A DNA stretch of 64,000 nucleotides from Eledone cirrhosa (Eukaryota): assembly GCA_964016885.1 (NCBI GenBank), contig OZ024741.1, forward strand, positions 192,634,001 to 192,698,000, written 5' to 3'. This document shows positions 1 through 13,560 of the stretch, piece by piece. Position numbers and translations under genes: made by a program. Below the pieces are notes generated by a model. It was not told the DNA's origin. It saw nothing but the letters and a program-made list of their open reading frames with translations, and did no database searches. Each line of letters opens with the position of its first letter. Within the stretch, counting starts at the first letter, position 1.

Positions 1-519
1 AATATACTTGATCATAAGAATATCTATTTTGTTAATATTTTGAATTAATATATATATATATATATATACTCACACACACATTCAACACAGAGTAGGGTGT
101 TTGGTAACAGGTCAGTACTTTAGTCTAGATAAGGTAATGACTTGTGTAAATGTAAATGTAGTGGTGGGGAGAGAGTGTAGACGTTATTGTGGTGGCGGAG
201 GCAGTGAGATGTATCTAGTTCATTTGTCTGTTTTCTTCTCTTTTCAAAATTTGAATTTGAATTTTAGCCATGTTACATTATATGTAAGTAAATGTAAAAT
301 GTAAATAAAGGTTGCTCTGGCAAAATATATGAAAATATTTGTGTAACTTCCACAACTTCTGTCAGGATATTTCCCGAGTCTAGTGAGCAAAAATTTGTTG
401 TATTTAGATGTTTCAGGATACAAAAAATAATCAAAACTCACCCCACGAAAAGACAGCGTGTGTTGTCCGATCTATAAGCTCCCTATCATACATACATATA
501 TAATGACATACATACATAT

Positions 520-1035
520 ATAATGACTGTCTACTAGTTAGAAGAGCATGACGATCGCTGGTTGACTTATACCTAATTGTTCCTACGAACCTGAGACCAA
601 CAGTGACCTCTGAAGCCGACAAGTGACTTACAGAGTTTACCGCACAGACTACAAACTAAATCCGTGTTTTCGGTCTGACGGTAAAAAATAAGCATAATCT
701 GTTGGTGTGGGTTGCCTATGTGACTCCTGGTTTGGCTTTGGAGTCCTGCGTTTGACAAACATATTCAGCCACACTGAGGGACAGCTGGATCTACCTCTTC
801 TCCCTCGCGGGCAACTCTTTTGGTCTATGTCCAGCTTATTGACTTTGCGTGGAATGTGCGACATCCTTCGTATATTTGTTTCCTCCACTTGTTTCTGTTG
901 CCAACCTCTATTCCTCAACTGTGTAGGTCGAGATCGAACTGTGACAGCGAATCTTTGACACTTTCCTTGACATGCTTCTTAGGTTTTTGCTGAGGCCTTT
1001 TTGCTTCAGCCAGCTCTCCGTAAAGCACCTGCTTG
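520..1035 (-). mobile_element. RTE-clade LINE, degraded 3' fragment
   Basis: The minus strand reads QVLYGELAEAKRPQQKPKKHVKESVK (typical RTE C-terminal LYGEL..GKR motif) and a terminal CSLCGKLCKSLVGFRGH zinc finger. It is frameshifted and ends next to TACA repeats. Confidence 0.75.
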
Positions 1036-1958
1036 GGGAAACAACAACAGCGAAGATGGTGTTTGAGAAAATGAGCTTATATGTTGAGTACTTCTATGTC
1101 TGGAGCATGGGAGATCCAGTGAATGCCCATATATATATACATGATGTCGCTAATTAAACATACGCAAACACGCATGGACATGCATGTTACAAAGATTAGT
1201 ACTCCAGTTGTTTGATGAACGGAATAGCCTGCTCGTGAGGTTAACGTGCAAGTGCCTGATCATTCCACATATACATGTACGATTTATGTATTTAGCAAGG
1301 AGATTCAGTGTAACTCAATGTATCTCATTCCTGCAACTCTGTGCAGGTACAAGACAAGTTTTCCCAAAACGTGTGTAATAAAATGCTTTGAGCATACGAT
1401 CGTGAGCCGAACATTCTAATGACTAAGCCATGCACCTTTACCTATCCGTAAAGAGGAGTACACACAAACAAGAAAGTCAGCTGGTACAGTTAAAATAGCA
1501 GAAGCGTAAATATAAATAAGAGGCACGTGTGTAGTTTAGTGAGAAACTTTCAGCTGCAGACATTTTGTGTCGTCTGCTTTTTGCTAGGAACTAATTTCGA
1601 CGATGACAGCAATTGGTCTAGTTATGTGAGTGTGTGTGTAAGCATCCACGTGCGCGTATGTGCACGCACGTGTGTATGAGTGTATACGTGTGTGTCAATG
1701 TGTACATGTGTGTGTGTACGTGTGCGTGTACGTATGAATGTGTGTGTTGCACGTGTGAGTGTGTACGTGCGTGTGTACATGTATATCATCACCTGTATGT
1801 GAGTGTGTTGATTGTATGCAGGGATACATGTGCGTATGTGGATGTCTTGTGTGTGTTTACATGTATGTCTGAGTATTACTCTAGTGTATATGTATATATC
1901 TATCAATCTCTTTCTCTATATACACATATTTTGTATCTGTGTCCCCTTGTATTTATGT

Positions 1959-2005
<47 letters not shown>

Positions 2006-2441
2006 GCGCGCGCACGCATTGTTGCAAGAGAGAAAAAACGAAAGAAGGGAGAGAGAGACAGAGAGACAAAGATAGTCAGACAGGCAGAGAAGAGATAGAA
2101 AGAGAATGGGAAAATGTGTGTTAAAGTGGGCGATTGTAAGTGCATGTGTAAATAAGCACGTTTGTGTATGCATGCGCATATATGTGTGTGTGTGAGTGCG
2201 TGATGTTTCCCTGCTGTTATATGTGTGTATGTGTGTATGTGCGAATGAAAAAGAGGGAGAGGAAATCTGGGTTTGAGTCAATGGAATGTGGAGAATAAAG
2301 GAATTATATTGTTGTAGAGGGAATGAGGAGATGGAAGAGGTTGATAACTGTAGAAGAAGGAGCGAGGATTGATATCAGTAGAGTTGGTGAGAGGTAGTGG
2401 AGGGAGGAGGATGCTAGCTGCAGAGGTGAGAGGAAGAATTG

Positions 2442-2474
<33 letters not shown>

Positions 2475-2640
2475 ATAGTAGTAGTAGTAATAGTAGTGAT
2501 GGTAGTGGTAATGGCTGGAGTATTATTGTTGTTTTTCTTGTGGTACTGGTGGTGTTGCTGTTGATGTCGGTGTTGGTGGTTCAAGGAAATGGAGGGAAAC
2601 AGAGAGGTGGGAAAGAAAGAAGAGGAAAAGACATGAATAT

Positions 2641-2830
2641 AATAATTGTTTCTACTTTAGGCACAAGGCCAGCAAATTACCCAGTGCATTACTGGTACTT
2701 TATTTTATCGACCCCGTAAGGATGAAAGGCACAAAGTCAACCTCGGCGGGATTTGAACTCAGATCGTAAAGGGACGTAACTATGTTGGAAAGCATGGCGT
2801 CCGACACTCTACCGATACTGCCAATCCACA
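2641..2830 (-). mobile_element. tRNA-derived SINE (family 1, Meta-domain-like), near full length
   Basis: Sense strand has an A-box-like TGGCAGTATCGG, a B-box GAGTTCAAATCC, a central GCCTTTCATCCTTACGGGGTCGATAAAATAAAGTACCAG and an (ATT)n tail. More than 10 copies or fragments occur in the window. Confidence 0.85.
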
Positions 2831-3066
2831 ATAATGATTTCTAATTTAGGAATAAGGCAAATTTTGGGGAGGGGAAAGTCGATTATATGGATCTCAGTAC
2901 TTATTTCATTGGCCCAAAATGATGAAAAGCAAAGTTGACTTCGGCTGGGTTTGAACGAAAATGATATACGATATTGCAGATGCAGAAGAGAAAGAAAGAA
3001 GTAGAAAATACGTGATGTAATCTTGAGGTGATGTCAGAATGGACTTGACTAATTACACATATTTAT

Positions 3067-3157
<91 letters not shown>

Positions 3158-3975
3158 TATACACGCAAATAGACATGTACACAGATGCACAAATACACTA
3201 AATGGTAATAGACGCCTGTATTGTAACGTATGCGTGTTGAGACACACAAATATGTTTACACCCATTTACACACACATACCCACACATACACATGTATGTA
3301 GTTGTGAATGCATGCATATACACATATCTATGTATATTTACGTATGTGTTTTTTAACATTTTCTATGTATGTGTATATGCGAGTGCATTTGGATGCATGT
3401 TTGTCTATGCCCCCTTTTCAGGGTATTCGTGGATGGTGGGAGGGAGAGTGGAAGCAACCACCAAACCATGCGGCGTGGATGGCTACATTAGAGGCAACTC
3501 AAAACATCATCCTAGTACAGTACATCAAAAGACTTAAACATATGTTTATACACACAGATATATGCATACAAACACACAGATATAATTTAGTACTTGTATA
3601 TACGCAAACACAAACAGAGAGAATTAACATAATTTTACCTAACACAACTCGAACCAACAACAAAATACAGCAAACGTAAACTAGACCCCCCCCCCCCACA
3701 CACACATACCAAAATACAAATTTTCAGTTAAATAAGATTAAAATTAAAACCACAACAGAAAACACTTTGTACCAGAGACCTTTCAACGGGGATCTTTGTC
3801 CACACAGTGCCAGGGTCCTAATACAATACATATAATCGTTCCTGACACACAATCAGTGGTGGACTTACCTAAAACTAAATAAACTATAACTCGGGGCCAC
3901 ACACCTAAGGGGCATCATATTTTAAAACATAATTTTATTTTATCATTAGTTTTTATTCTTTAACACTAAATCATA

Positions 3976-4051
<76 letters not shown>

Positions 4052-4189
4052 TTTTTTTCATTTTACGTCCGCTTTTCCCTGCTAGCAAGGGTGGGACGGG
4101 AACTGATTCTGGTTTGATTTCTACAGCTGGATGCCGTTCCTAACACCAACCTCATTTACAGCGAGTGCTGGGTGCTTTTTTGCCGTGGC

Positions 4190-4302
4190 ACCTCCACGAC
4201 CACTTTGCAGTGGAATGATATGGACATCAGTCCCAATCATCTCATTTCTACAGCTGAGTAAACTGGAGCAATGTGAAATAAAGTGTCTTGCTCAAGGAAA
4301 CA

Positions 4303-4305
<3 letters not shown>
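4190..4305 (-). mobile_element. SINE family 2 fragment
   Basis: Shares GGAGCAA..TGAAATAAAGTGTCTTGCTCAAGGA with 10981-11015, 36140-36175 and (reverse) 39090-39125. Confidence 0.6.
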
Positions 4306-4343
<38 letters not shown>

Positions 4344-4827
4344 GATAACTTATTCTTTATCATTAACATTAATATAAAGAATAATGATTTTATGTTTTCT
4401 AGCGAACGGCCTCAAATTCGATATAGCTTAGGGCCTCGGCAGGTGAAAGTCCAGCCCTGTACACAAACCTACCCAAAATAGAATCTAAACTAGCCAAAAA
4501 CACATAACACAAAATACAATTATACAATGAAATGAAATTAAAATTATAACCCAATCGTTATATATTATTTTTTTTAAATTCATGATACAAAAAAATAAGG
4601 TATTCAATATAACCTTACGATAGAAGTGTATAGACTGTTCGTTTATTCTTTGACTTGTTTCAGTGATTTATCTGTGACTAACTTTGGTAGCAGTATCAAG
4701 GGTTTTCCTTCATTAAATAAACTCTATTACTAATTGTATTGGTCTCTACACATAAAGTGTCACAAAAAGGAGTAGCACTAGTTGTTAAACCGATGCAAAC
4801 ATAACCCCCCCCCCCCCACACACATAT

Positions 4828-4911
<84 letters not shown>

Positions 4912-4912
4912 G

Positions 4913-4971
<59 letters not shown>

Positions 4972-4984
4972 ATTGAAAAAATGA

Positions 4985-5900
4985 CTTGTGCTCCAGCATG
5001 TTCATTATGGATATTTTGTATTTGACATGTCTAAAGTGGAAAACATAATTGTCCCTAAACAGAAGAACACCAGGTATACTCAGCATGTCGATGATATACT
5101 TGTTGTCATTGCCATTGTCGAACAGGCCGATTTTCTTAAAGATGATCTAGTGAATAAGTCCATCATGTCACTTACCACTAATACAAACTCAACCCAGAAT
5201 AACGCCTCATTCGGGGACACAAACGTAGGAATAAAGACGATCAAATATAGGAATTTTATTTACAATAAACACACAAAGGTCTATACATACACACAGATAG
5301 TAACTGATCCCACAAATACAAAATATATGTTGGTAAAACACTCATTAGACGAGATATTAAAACTAAATATTATCAACTAAATAAATAAATTCCGTGTTAA
5401 CATTAGTTAACAATAGGCATCCCAACACAAACGCATACATTGCAATAGAAGACTATCAGAACAAATATATTCACACTGATACAATAGAAGCAGCACCAAT
5501 GAACATACAGAAACCACATATTTTATAAACTACAAAAGCAAAATGCGCTCTAGTTATAAAATGGTTGAACACCACATTAAAAACTCATCCAATAAGCATC
5601 AATCTCAATCTGAAACTCATAGTTAGGATACACAGTAAACATACCGAAATAGAAAACCTCCTCGTTAACATGGAACCACATACTTGTAAACCACAGTACT
5701 GTAAATAACCAATGTGAAATATAAATTTTAAGGCTAACTTCCCGACCAAAATTGTTTCATCGGTCACAAAAGCACTACACTTTCCTGTGGGTTAACTATG
5801 CACTTGAATCAAGGAGACATCGCAAGGCAATTCCATAGAGTACATGCCAAAAATATGATAGGACTTCATTAGTCTACAACACTACAATCTTATATACAAT
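4985..5900 (+). pseudogene. Highly degraded Penelope-like RT/GIY-YIG remnant
   Basis: RYTQHVDDILVV resembles the RT YVDD motif and is followed by a 'SFGDTNV..IYNKHT' thumb-like segment. Near 5710-5830 there are GIY-YIG-like remnants (FIGH..LTMHL.QG.I). Many stops. Confidence 0.5.
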
Positions 5901-5919
5901 TCCTCACAAAACAAGGCGA

Positions 5920-6112
5920 ACGAGGATTGGCAGTACCGGTAGAGGGTCGCATGACATACTCTGCAGCAAAGAGTTACGGCTCTTTATGGTCTTAGTTCAA
6001 ATCCCGCCGAGGTTAATTTTACCTTTCATCTTTACGAGGTCGATAAAATAAAGAACCAGTAATACACTGATATAATTTCTGGCCTTGTGCCAAAAGTAGA
6101 AACAATTATTAT
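5920..6112 (+). mobile_element. SINE family 1 copy
   Basis: GATTGGCAGTACCGGTAGAG head, GTTCAAATCCCGCCGAGG B-box and GGCCTTGTGCCAAAAGTAGAAACAATTATT tail. Confidence 0.85.
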
Positions 6113-6679
6113 CAAATATAAACCAATAACTAACACACTAATTCAGCATATGAGAAGCCAATTATAATAAATGATATGCTAAAAGTACTGAGAAATGTGT
6201 GTGGGGTGTGTGTGTTTGTGTTTATGCGTGTGTGTGTAAGTATGTATGTATGTAAATACGAAAAGCTATTATAGTTTCCCTTCACAGGGTATTTGCCGAC
6301 AAGAAACTATAGTAGATGGCCCGTGGTATGGCGTAATAGGATCGATACAAGAGCCATGTGTTCTTATCTCTGTACACACATGTACATATATATAGAGAGT
6401 ATATATATAAATGTATATATATATAGAGAGAGGGGGTTTACACCTACGGTTTCATGAATAATTATATTCATTCTTCAGCCGGTCTCATTTATATAATTAT
6501 ATAAACTCATGGATCTGATGAAGACTGAATGAATTTATTCACGAAACCGAGTATACAATCACGTAAGATGTAAACCTACTCACACATACTATCTATACTT
6601 TGGCACACTTGCATTAGTTGCTTCTTCATTTGTCAATATCAACGATTGTATATATATATATATACAATCGTTGATATTG

Positions 6680-6759
<80 letters not shown>

Positions 6760-8324
6760 AGGTAAGTATTTGTGTGTGTGACAGTGTGTATGTGTGTAGG
6801 TGCGCACGTATGTGTGAGAGAAAATAACAGACATTTCAGAAATTAAATTGATTTAACAATAACAATAGCCATAACAATAACAATAACAATAATATTAAAA
6901 GCAAGAATAACAACAATAAGACCAAACATAACAATAATATTGATTTCTAACTTAGCGTGAATATTAAAATAAACATTGGCGTTAGCTGGATTTTTCAAGA
7001 AAGTCAACTGGAATTCATCGAAGCCAACTGAAACTTTGATTAAACTCAAATACTACGACTTTGTTAGTAAGATTTATACATATAAAAATCAAAACATCAG
7101 AACGAAAAATCAAAAACTACAGGAAAATTTAATATTGATAAAGATAAAAGTTTGTAGATTTAACGAGATAATATTTTGTTGTGATCAACGTTAAAAAAGG
7201 ACTCAATGAAATAGAATATATTCACCCTTGAAAGTATTTCGGTTAGTTATAATATATTTCTTTAAAATCCCGCTAGCATCTATGTATATATTTATCAATC
7301 TTACTTTAATACTTCTGCATTATTATACCTGCTGTTTAAGGCTGAATGTGCTTGTGATTGTATATTTTATTGTTAGAATATAAGTACCCAGGACCATTTT
7401 CTAGGCCTCAGAAACAGAGAGAGAAGAGAAGAAAGGCATCTTTAAACTGGAGACCTTTCTCGGATGCTTGCAAGAGAGTAAACTCCATTAAAGACACACA
7501 AGGGCCAGGTGGTTGATAAGAAAAGTGTGACACCCAAGTATACCATAGCGGGATTTGAAGGAGAAAAAAGGTTGGGACAAATATTGGGACAAATCATCTA
7601 ACCTGGACCTCTAATAATTTTCCTTATCCTCAACACACACCCTGTTAATTTCGACAGGATTTGAATTTATAGCACTGGAACAAATACCACAATACAATTT
7701 CTACTACGCTCTGAAAATTCACCACTTGTATTTCGTTAGCCATACTTTTGCTAGAAACATAGTCCGGTACAGGAATTATGGATATAAAAAATATACATTT
7801 ATTTTAATGAATAAATTTTGACTTATATTCTTACATATGTATAATGTTACATATGTATAATGCTTTTGAGTAATTAATTATTTATGAGATAGTCATTGTT
7901 GGAACTGATCTGGGCTTTAACAACAAACAATATCGGCAGCAACAGTAACAACAGCATCAACAACAATAACAACATCAGCAATAAAAGGAACAACAATATC
8001 AACAGCAATATTATGTAGAACAATAACACAGTTGACAACAACATCGACAATAACAGCAGCAGGAAGTGCAGAAACTCAAGCAACAACAACAAAAGCAGTA
8101 ATAAAGACAGAATCACCAGCAGCAATAAAAACTACACCAACTGGTTTTAAAAAGGAACCAATTCGTGAACATTCGATCTGCTAGAAATAGCTACTAAATT
8201 TTCCTCAAACCACACTTAATTGTAAAGGTGGAGCAAAAAACACACTAAATAATTGAAAGATAAAATCACAGGCTGTCACAAGCACGGAGATTCATCAGGC
8301 CAATGCTTGCCCCGGTTTCCCCGG

Positions 8325-8520
8325 CGCGAAGGCGCATGGGCTAGTTGTTAAGGTGTTGAACTGATGATCATAGTATCGTGGGCGCCATTCCTTGATATGG
8401 TGTCGCGTTGTGTTCTCGAGTAAAATACTTCATTTCACGTTGAGCCAGTACATTCAGCAGAACAGGATTACTAGCAGTGACTGGAGAGCTAAACCTGTGA
8501 TGGACCGGCGTCCTAAATAG
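8325..8520 (+). mobile_element. SINE family 2, diverged copy with tRNA-like head
   Basis: A GGCTAGTTGTTAAGG A-box-like head is followed by a GTTGTGTTCTCGAGTAAAATACTTCATTTCAC core related to 39090-39125. Confidence 0.5.
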
Positions 8521-8869
8521 AGGTGGCGGGTTATACTCTCAGTGTTAAATAACGTGTTGTTCTAAACATATTTCTAAAACAACGGGATAGTCATGGCTGG
8601 AATGCTCTTGATTGTAGTTTGTTGGATCAGTTTTGATCTAGTGCTAAAAAAATATAACAGCAATATTGAGGTGGCAAGTTCCCTAATCTAAAAGGGTATG
8701 AAGGGTAGGCTAGTAAGATTGGGTGATGAGTATTCCTTTCTCTAGGATATTGGGCTATATATGTTGGGATGAAATCAAACCACGTGTTGGCCAAGGATGG
8801 CTGGTATGATCAATAATAGAAATAATAATAAAAATAATAATAAAATTCATCATGATGAATGCTACCAAC

Positions 8870-9193
8870 ACCACCATCATAATTATTATTATCGTCATCA
8901 TAAGCATCATTATCATCACCATCATTATCGTTCGTCATCATCATCATCATCGACATCGTTATCATCGTCATCATCATCATCACCACTATCATCATCATCA
9001 TCATCATCACCACCACCGCCATCACCATCACCACTATCATCATCATCATCATCATCATCATCACCACCGCCATCACCATCACCACTATCATCATCATCAT
9101 CATCATCACCATCACCACCGCCATCACCGTCACCACTATCATCATCATCATCATCACCATCACCACCGCCATCACCATCACCACTATCATCAT

Positions 9194-9226
<33 letters not shown>

Positions 9227-9345
9227 CATCATGATCATCACCGTCATCATCATCATCATCATCATCATCGTCGTCGTCATCATCGTCAACATTGTCATCA
9301 TTCTCAGCACCACCCTCATCAACTACAACAACATCATTATTATCA
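8870..9345. repeat. (CAT/CAC)n compound microsatellite
   Basis: Direct inspection. It produces the poly-S/H/M ORFs. Confidence 0.95.
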
Positions 9346-9580
9346 TTTTCATCCTTATGGAGTCGATAAAATAAAGTACCAGTAATGCACTGGTTAATTG
9401 CTGGCCTTGTGCCTAAAGTAGAAACAATTATTATTCAGCAAAGAGTTACGGCCCTTTACGGTCTGAGTTCAAATCCCGCCGAGGTTGACTTTGCCTTTCA
9501 TCCTTACGAGGTCGATAAAATAAAGTACCAGTAATGCACTGGGTATTTGCTGGCCTTGTGCCTAAAGTAGAGACAATTAT
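9341..9580 (+). mobile_element. Two tandem 5'-truncated SINE family 1 copies
   Basis: Two successive central-domain-plus-tail segments ending at about 9432 and 9580. Confidence 0.85.
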
Positions 9581-9844
9581 CACCAAACTATACAACTAGA
9601 CACCAACATGGTCACTACAACCACCAATACCAGTTCCATGTGCACACATACGTGTCCATGTGTGTGCATAGTGTAGGTGCATGCGTATGTATATGTAAAT
9701 GTATAAGTATATGTAAATGTATATGTGTATGTATATGTGTATGTATACAAATCTCTGAATACGTATATATGTGTGCATGCATGTATAAATAAGTATGCAT
9801 GTGTGTATATGTATGTATGTATGTATGTATGTACGTATGTTATA

Positions 9845-10475
9845 TCAGAGTTTTCCTTCTCCTAGAATTCTGCCTTGACAAAGGCTAAGGGGTCATCTCT
9901 CCCGGTGATTTTGGATGGCCATTGACTCTTAAGAGCTCCTTTGCCCTTTGACAGGTTTTGTTTTTAGTCCTGCAGGATGTCCAAAGTAACCCTCCTCACC
10001 AAGAAACCTTGGTGGGGTTGCCAGTTTAGTCGCCAACGACCCGACCATGAGACAGGTTGTACTGGGATACATGTTACCAGTAGCACCAACTGGTGACCTG
10101 ACATAACCTGATATAACCTGATATAACACCTGCAACTCTGATGGTATCCAATGATGTTGACTTGTTCTTCTTTTTGGTAAATATCATCTTGGTTAAGAGA
10201 GTGGGACTGGCCTTGTGCAGTGCCTTTGCTCACTATAAAAGTTTCACGGCACAGGCATTGCTTTATATCTGGAGATCTCTCTGCACTTGTCGTTACATGG
10301 TACCATGGGCCCAGCACTATGTGTCAATAATTGTCACAAGTGTAGTGTTTGTACCAGAGTTTTCAAGTCGCTGGCTGGACTAAAAAGTCACACTCGTTTA
10401 GCGCATCGGTAGGGGTTCTCCTACATGGATATAAAGTAGTGGCCGTATTCGAAAACGAGTTGGCAGCCACCATGT
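9845..10475 (+). mobile_element. Probable internally deleted (bipartite) non-autonomous RTE derivative
   Basis: Starts TTTTCCTTCTCCTAG...AAGGCT, which resembles RTE 5' ends as I recall them. The 3' part encodes CSVCTRVFKSLAGLKSHTRLAHR* (10341-10412), the RTE-type terminal C2H2 finger. (TATG)n flanks both sides and there is no RT. Confidence 0.55.
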
Positions 10476-10639
10476 ACGTATGTATGTATTTGTAAGTATG
10501 CATGTGTATGTGTGTCTCACTTTGTTTATGAGTGTCTGTACATTTGTGCATGTATGCCTGTGTGTATAAGTTTATGTGTGTATGTGTATATCAGTATATA
10601 TGTTTATGTGTATGTGGATATTCATATGTGAGTCTGTAT

Positions 10640-10701
<62 letters not shown>

Positions 10702-11158
10702 AATATCACTGAATATTATACTCCAGAAAACTTGTCGAGTGGTTCGAAACAGTTATAAACATTTATATTTGTTGAATTACCAACAAATTAAATATCCCTT
10801 CTGCTTATATATATATAAAGAATCTTGCTAAACAAATTCAGAAACGATATATATATATATATAAATAAATATATATATATATAGGAACGATCAACTTTCG
10901 TCAAATCGGACCGAGGGAACAATGTTTCCGTTGGTCTTTCCAATTGTTAATACTATCTATCGGTCGCAACTCCAGGTAGAAGGAGCAACGTGAAATAAAG
11001 TGTCTTGCTCAAGGACATAACGCATCGCCTGGTCCAGGAATATATATATGTATATATATATATATGTGTATAGTAATAATAATAAATTTGAAGACTAAAA
11101 TCCAAAGAGGGCTCGATAAGGATAAATATATATCAAATATATAAGAACCGTAGAGCAA

Positions 11159-11322
11159 ATATTTATTAAAATAACAGATTAAAGTTTAAGCAAAGAATCG
11201 CTGCTTTCACCCTTAACGGGATCTTCTGAAGGGTGGAAGTTAAGGGTGTAGTTAAGGGTGCAAGTTAAGGGTGCAAGCAGCGATTCTTTGCTTAAACTTT
11301 AATCTGTTATTTTAATAAATAT
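11159..11322. repeat. Fold-back (inverted repeat) insert in (TA)n
   Basis: About 58-bp arms ATATTTATTAAAATAACAGATT...CACCCTTAAC and its reverse complement. GTTAAGGGTG is iterated three times at the turn. Confidence 0.9.
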
Positions 11323-11359
<37 letters not shown>

Positions 11360-11462
11360 GGTGTTAATATTTATTAGAATGCTGTTAAAGTGTGAATACA
11401 TATTTTGGGACACCCTGTATATATATTTATATATATATATATGTAAGTGTGTGTGTGTGTGC

Positions 11463-11500
<38 letters not shown>

Positions 11501-12188
11501 ATGTTCATGTGTGCGCGTGTGTGTATCTGTACATGTGTAAAGGTGAACATTTCAATATGGATCCTGGATATCTTACATGCAGCCACAGCTGGGTTCATCA
11601 GCAGGCGGTGCATTATCGGTGACAGTAGCAACAGCAAATGTACTTCTCGTGCAATAGCTAGTGCAACTACAGCAATGATAACACAGCAATAATAAATAAT
11701 AACCTTTGTGGTTGTTCAAATATCTAAAAATAACATACAAATCTCCTTCAAATCTCATACGCTTATTTTTAAAAGAAGAAGGATTCATTATATTATGTAG
11801 CCCTAAAATAAAGTACCAGTAATACACTGTGAAAATTGCTGGCCTTGTGCCAAAAGTAGAAACAATTATATTATGTAGCCCTAGTTATGTTCCTTGCTAA
11901 AAACTATAATGGTCATGGTAAGAACACTTTTGATAACATTTTTGGAGCTAAGGGTAAATTTTAAATAATAAATGTACCTGTACGTGATACCTGAATAAAT
12001 CCACTTCATGCGCCCTGATATATATAAGCTTAAACCGTTTCGAGAGCTAAGCCGCCAGGCAAAGAATACCTAATAATGTATACACTCTATTTTCCTTAAG
12101 TATTAAGTTGAGTATTAAATTGGACAATGGTCTTACTGGTCTTAAACAGTAATATCTCATCCATCTCTCTCTCTCTCTCTCTCTCTAT

Positions 12189-12243
<55 letters not shown>

Positions 12244-12244
12244 C

Positions 12245-12310
<66 letters not shown>

Positions 12311-12312
<2 letters not shown>

Positions 12313-12460
12313 ATGGTCCACCTGGTTCCTTACCACATTTCCTTCGTTATATATATATATATACATACATACACACACATATACATACCCTTCCTACGGA
12401 AATAATTCATATATATATATATATACTATATATATATATATATATATGAATTATTTCCGT

Positions 12461-12494
<34 letters not shown>

Positions 12495-12883
12495 ACGGAA
12501 ATAATTCATATATATATATATATATATAACGAAGGAAATGTGGTAAGGAACCAGGTGGACCATAAAGCACCAAAGTACTCAATACTTAGGGTAGTAGAGT
12601 GGGTAATAGGAACGAGTAGGACCCCGACGGCTGAGCTCAAGCCGTTTCGACGGCTAATTCAGTCCAGAATTAGCGGTCGTAACGGCTTGAGCTCAGCCGT
12701 CGGGGTCCTACTCGTTCCTATATATATATATATATATATATATATAGGAAAAGGTATGACCTCGATGGCTTGAGCTCTGCCGTCGGGGTCATACCTTTTC
12801 CTATTACCCACTCTACTACCCTAAGTATTGAGTACTCTGGTGCGTTATGGTCCACCTGGTTCTTTACCACAATTCCTTCGTTA
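12311..12883. mobile_element. Cluster of inverted and direct pLTR-like fragments carrying the 3' half of an HHR
   Basis: The tail ...GGTCCACCTGGTTC..ACCAC..TTCCTTCGTTA(TA)n occurs three times in both orientations. GAAA-CGGC-TTGAGCTCA-GCCG-TC (HHR stem III and GUC triplet) lies on the minus strand at 12626-12648. Confidence 0.75.
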
Positions 12884-13059
12884 TATATATACATATATGT
12901 ATATATATGTGTGTGTGTGTATGTGTGTATGCATGTGTGTATGTATGTGTATATGTACGTGTGAATGTATGTATGTATATATGTGTGTGTATGTACGTAT
13001 GTTTATGTGTATGTATGTGTGTGAGTATAAGTGTATATGTGGGTAGGTGTATATGCATG

Positions 13060-13083
<24 letters not shown>

Positions 13084-13090
<7 letters not shown>

Positions 13091-13177
13091 CCGACGAACC
13101 TGCAGTTCTAGAATCAGACAGATCCATACAATGATCGTGTCTCGAGCTGTCTGCCGGCGAAACAATTGTAACACACA
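13084..13177 (+). ncRNA. Type I hammerhead ribozyme, U4C core variant
   Basis: Stem I TGTGTGT/ACACACA, core CCGACGA, long stem II, GAAA, palindromic stem III ACAATTGT, GUA triplet. Confidence 0.7.
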
Positions 13178-13224
13178 ATAAATTGAATCCAGATGCATCA
13201 CTGATTTTTCGGTTAATATTATAT

Positions 13225-13321
<97 letters not shown>

Positions 13322-13429
13322 TTCATTAATTTTAACCATAACCTTACGTTCTATTTTTCCTGTTATTTTATTTTATTTGTTATCTTTATTTCATTATATA
13401 TTAGCCTCGCTTTCAATTGTTATTAAACT

Positions 13430-13500
13430 TTCATTCTGATGAGCGATTTCAGACGTCTGTGTTGAGCACGCCTGTCTTCGTGAAACCTTTGGTAAATGGA
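13430..13500 (+). ncRNA. Type I hammerhead ribozyme
   Basis: Stem I TTCATT/AATGGA, CTGATGA (13436-42), stem II GCGA/TCGT, GAAA, stem III ACC-TTT-GGT, GUA triplet. Confidence 0.85.
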
Positions 13501-13560
13501 ATAATTGTCTTATGTTGTTTTTACATAACTATATATATATATATATATATATAAGACTTG

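Noticed and set aside
2745-2830. tRNA gene
   Set aside because: The A and B boxes belong to a SINE head and no cloverleaf forms.
8361-8400. CTGATGA core (also at 34520, and CTGAAGA at 39672)
   Set aside because: No matching GAAA or stems.
10015-10070. HDV-like ribozyme on the minus strand (CCAGT..ACC/GGT..CTAA-ACTGG)
   Set aside because: I could not find P1 or P1.1 pairing.
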